A stretch of 59,831 nucleotides of DNA, the filler included. It is 10 parts of 10 records of this genome, joined end to end, with 100 filler letters (N's around TTAATTAATTAA, not from the genome) between each part and the next. Parts side by side here need not be neighbours in the genome. Positions count along the whole stretch, not along the records: positions 53,982 to 59,831 come from SRR31156797_123830; 9 more parts are not named here. One strand, written 5' to 3'. The notes below the pieces were generated by a model. The model was not told the origin of the DNA, searched no databases, and saw nothing but the letters and a program-made list of their open reading frames with translations. The translations under genes and the position numbers were made by a program. Positions 57,750 through 59,831 of the stretch are shown here, in pieces; the first letter of the stretch is position 1; the number at the start of each line of letters is the position of its first letter.

Positions 57750-59494
57750 CCTGCCCTCCTTTTTGCTGACGGTGTTTCGGAAATGCCGGGGGGCGGAAGC
57801 GGTACCGGGGGCTGTTCGCCGCCGGAAAGCAATTTCAGCTGCCTCTGTCGTTTCGAGGCGAAACGGGCGCGCCCGTTGTTGAGCACCAGCACCCGGTCGG
57901 CCTGGGCCAATATGCTCGGGCGATGGGAAACGATGACGCCGACCCCGCCGCGTGCCTTGAGGCCGGCAAGGGCCCGCAGCAGGGCATCGATGCCGTCGCC
58001 GTCCATATTGCTGTAGGGCTCGTCGAGAACGACCAGGCACGGTTGCCCGAACAGGGCGCGGGCCAGGCCGATGCACTGAACCAGCCCGCCGGGCAACGGA
58101 AGTCCGCCGTCGCCGACGCGCGTGTCGTAACCCATCGGCAGGGCCAGGATCGCTTCGTGGATACCGGCCTCGTTCGCGGCCGCGATGACGGCCTCGGCGG
58201 GCGCCTTCGAAAACCGCGCGATGTTGTCGCGCACACTGCCCGGCAGCAACAAAACGGTATGCGGCAGATAGCCGACATGGGCGCCGAGCCGATCCGAATT
58301 CCAGGCAAATACGTCGGCTCCGCCAAGGCGAACCTGCCCGCGGGCCGGCCTTTCCAATCCGACCAGAAGGCGTGCCAGGGTCGTTTTTCCGGATCCCATC
58401 GGACCGGCAATGCCCAACACCTGCCCGGACCGGACCCTGAACCCGACATCGGCGAAAACCGGATCCGCGCGCCCCTCGGGCCAGGCCGCGATACCCTTCG
58501 CCTCGAGCACCGGTTTCGGGGCCGGCAGATCCATCGTCTCGCCGCCGGCATCGGAAACCGAATTCAGGCGCGCCGCGATCCGCCGCAGCCGTTCGCGGAA
58601 AAGAACGACCCCGCGCCAGACCTCGATGGACCGCTCGACCGGCGCCAGGGCGCGGGCCATGATGATCCCGGCGGCGATCATGCCGCCGGCGGTCAACTCA
58701 TGGGCGATGACCAGGCCGGCGGCAACCGCCAGCACGATCAGTTGCAGGCCCAACCGCGCAAAACGTCCCAGCGCCATGACCATCCCAGCCCGATCACTAG
58801 CGCAGGCATGATCGGTGCGGGCCCGTCCTTCCAGGTCGAACCAGCGCGCCGTCACCGCTTTGCCCATGCCCAACGCGCCAAGCACATCCGATTGCCGAAC
58901 CGCGGCGGCGCCGAAACGGCTGGCCATGTTCCGGGCGCGGCTGGCATGGCGGATCCGGCCGCCGACCAGGATCTGGTTGATCACGGCCAGGACCAGCAGA
59001 AGCACCGCCCCGCCGGTGGCGATCCAGCCCAGGGTCGGATGCAGAAGAAAGATCACGGCCAGGAAAACCGGCACCCAGGGGGCATCGAAGATCGCAAAAA
59101 CCGAAGCCCCGGTCAGGAAGGCCTGAACCTGCGCAAGGTCGCCGAGCGCGCCGGCGTCGGTCTCGTCCTTGCGCGCCGACAGCTCGCACACCGCCCGCAT
59201 CAGGGGCGGGCCGAGGCGATCCCCGATCCAGGCGCCGATGCGAACCAGGATGCGCGAGCGCACCACGTCCAACGCCGCCATGACGCCCAAGGCAACCAGC
59301 GCCGCCGCCATCAGGACATAGAGCGTGTCATGGCTGCGGCTGACCAATACCCGGTCGAACAGTTGAATCATGAAGACGGGCACGGTCAGGATCAGAAGAT
59401 TGATGCACAGGCTGAACGCGGCAACCGGCACCAGGGCCCGGCCGCAGGATCGCATGACGTTTTTCAACACCGTGGTTCGTTTCCAGTCATCCAT
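57746..59494 (-). CDS. PrtD-family type I secretion ABC permease/ATPase with degenerate NBD motifs
   Basis: NLLIL.VP.FMIQLFDRVL.SRS, FDAPWVP, RALAPVE; Walker A GPMGSGKT; Walker B VVLDEP. Confidence 0.9.
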   Translation of the reverse strand: MDDWKRTTVLKNVMRSCGRALVPVAAFSLCINLLILTVPVFMIQLFDRVLVSRSHDTLYVLMAAALVALGVMAALDVVRSRILVRIGAWIGDRLGPPLMRAVCELSARKDETDAGALGDLAQVQAFLTGASVFAIFDAPWVPVFLAVIFLLHPTLGWIATGGAVLLLVLAVINQILVGGRIRHASRARNMASRFGAAAVRQSDVLGALGMGKAVTARWFDLEGRARTDHACASDRAGMVMALGRFARLGLQLIVLAVAAGLVIAHELTAGGMIAAGIIMARALAPVERSIEVWRGVVLFRERLRRIAARLNSVSDAGGETMDLPAPKPVLEAKGIAAWPEGRADPVFADVGFRVRSGQVLGIAGPMGSGKTTLARLLVGLERPARGQVRLGGADVFAWNSDRLGAHVGYLPHTVLLLPGSVRDNIARFSKAPAEAVIAAANEAGIHEAILALPMGYDTRVGDGGLPLPGGLVQCIGLARALFGQPCLVVLDEPYSNMDGDGIDALLRALAGLKARGGVGVIVSHRPSILAQADRVLVLNNGRARFASKRQRQLKLLSGGEQPPVPLPPPGISETPSAKRRAG

Positions 59495-59532
59495 AGTTAG
59501 GTCCCCCCGGCCCTGCCCACCCCGGCCGGTGA

Positions 59533-59831
59533 TCAAAACAGAAAATCGGTATCCTGCAGATCGGCGCTATCGACGCCGCTCAGCGTCAAACGGTCGCCGT
59601 CGCCAAGATCGATAATCGTGCCGCCGTCCCCCGACAGCGACAGATCGCCAAAATCCGTAAAGCCGAAATCGCGCAGGTCGATCTTGTCGGCATAACTGGC
59701 GCCGGCGCTAATGGCGGTGAAATCGGTGATCGTATCGGCGCCGTGGCCGCGCTTCATGACAAAGACATCGTTGCCGGTCCCGCCCGACAGGGTGTCGGCA
59801 CCGGCGCCGCCGTCCAGCGTGTCGTTGCCCG
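59533..59831 (-). CDS. RTX calcium-binding secreted protein, C-terminal fragment
   Basis: GNDTLDGGAGADTLSGGTGNDVF..GADTITDF..DKIDL..DFLF: RTX nonamers plus a T1SS-type C-terminus, directly upstream of the T1SS genes. Confidence 0.9.
   Translation of the reverse strand, partial: GNDTLDGGAGADTLSGGTGNDVFVMKRGHGADTITDFTAISAGASYADKIDLRDFGFTDFGDLSLSGDGGTIIDLGDGDRLTLSGVDSADLQDTDFLF

Noticed and set aside
1-59831. CRISPR arrays, transposases, prophage or defence genes, rRNA
   Set aside because: No repeat-spacer arrays or recognisable mobile, defence or rRNA sequence seen in any contig.

Overview
This window is not one locus. It is ten unrelated contigs (1-5107, 5208-11897, 11998-17070, 17171-23901, 24002-29674, 29775-35372, 35473-40959, 41060-46087, 46188-53881, 53982-59831) joined by identical 100-nt spacers (N44-TTAATTAATTAA-N44), so gene neighbourhood only means something inside a contig. 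Contents: (1) secreted PHP-family metallophosphoesterase plus fused membrane/spermidine-synthase-like protein; (2) uncharacterised catabolic operon (MBL lactonase, two class II aldolases, Tm-1-like protein, GntR, TAXI-TRAP transporter); (3) Rrf2, MOSC, aspartate-semialdehyde sulfurtransferase and NIL-ferredoxin with a structured leader, tRNA-Ala and an ankyrin-OmpA protein; (4) spirochaete-like cobQ, rmuC, aminopeptidase, nuclease, clpP, era and an MtaA/UroD-family gene; (5) moxR, a DUF1538 pair with P-II and CBS genes, LysR and an ABC binding protein; (6) Desulfovibrionaceae-like infB to pnp operon; (7) Bacteroidota-like asnB, a small sigma54-type NifX-like operon and acyl-CoA dehydrogenase; (8) purQL, hydrolase, PTS EIIA; (9) AT-rich contig with rnhC, a PEGA Ser/Thr kinase, aminotransferase, rpmB, ribF, fba, yjbQ and DUF1566; (10) TRAP DctM, 2-hydroxyacid dehydrogenase and a type I secretion system with degenerate ABC motifs. 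No CRISPR array, transposase, integrase or rRNA was seen. Best candidates for undescribed systems: the contig 2 operon, the sigma54 NifX-like operon, the DUF1538/P-II/CBS module, the PHP/spermidine-synthase pair and the structured leader in contig 3. All family and taxon calls come from motif recognition by eye, not database searches.
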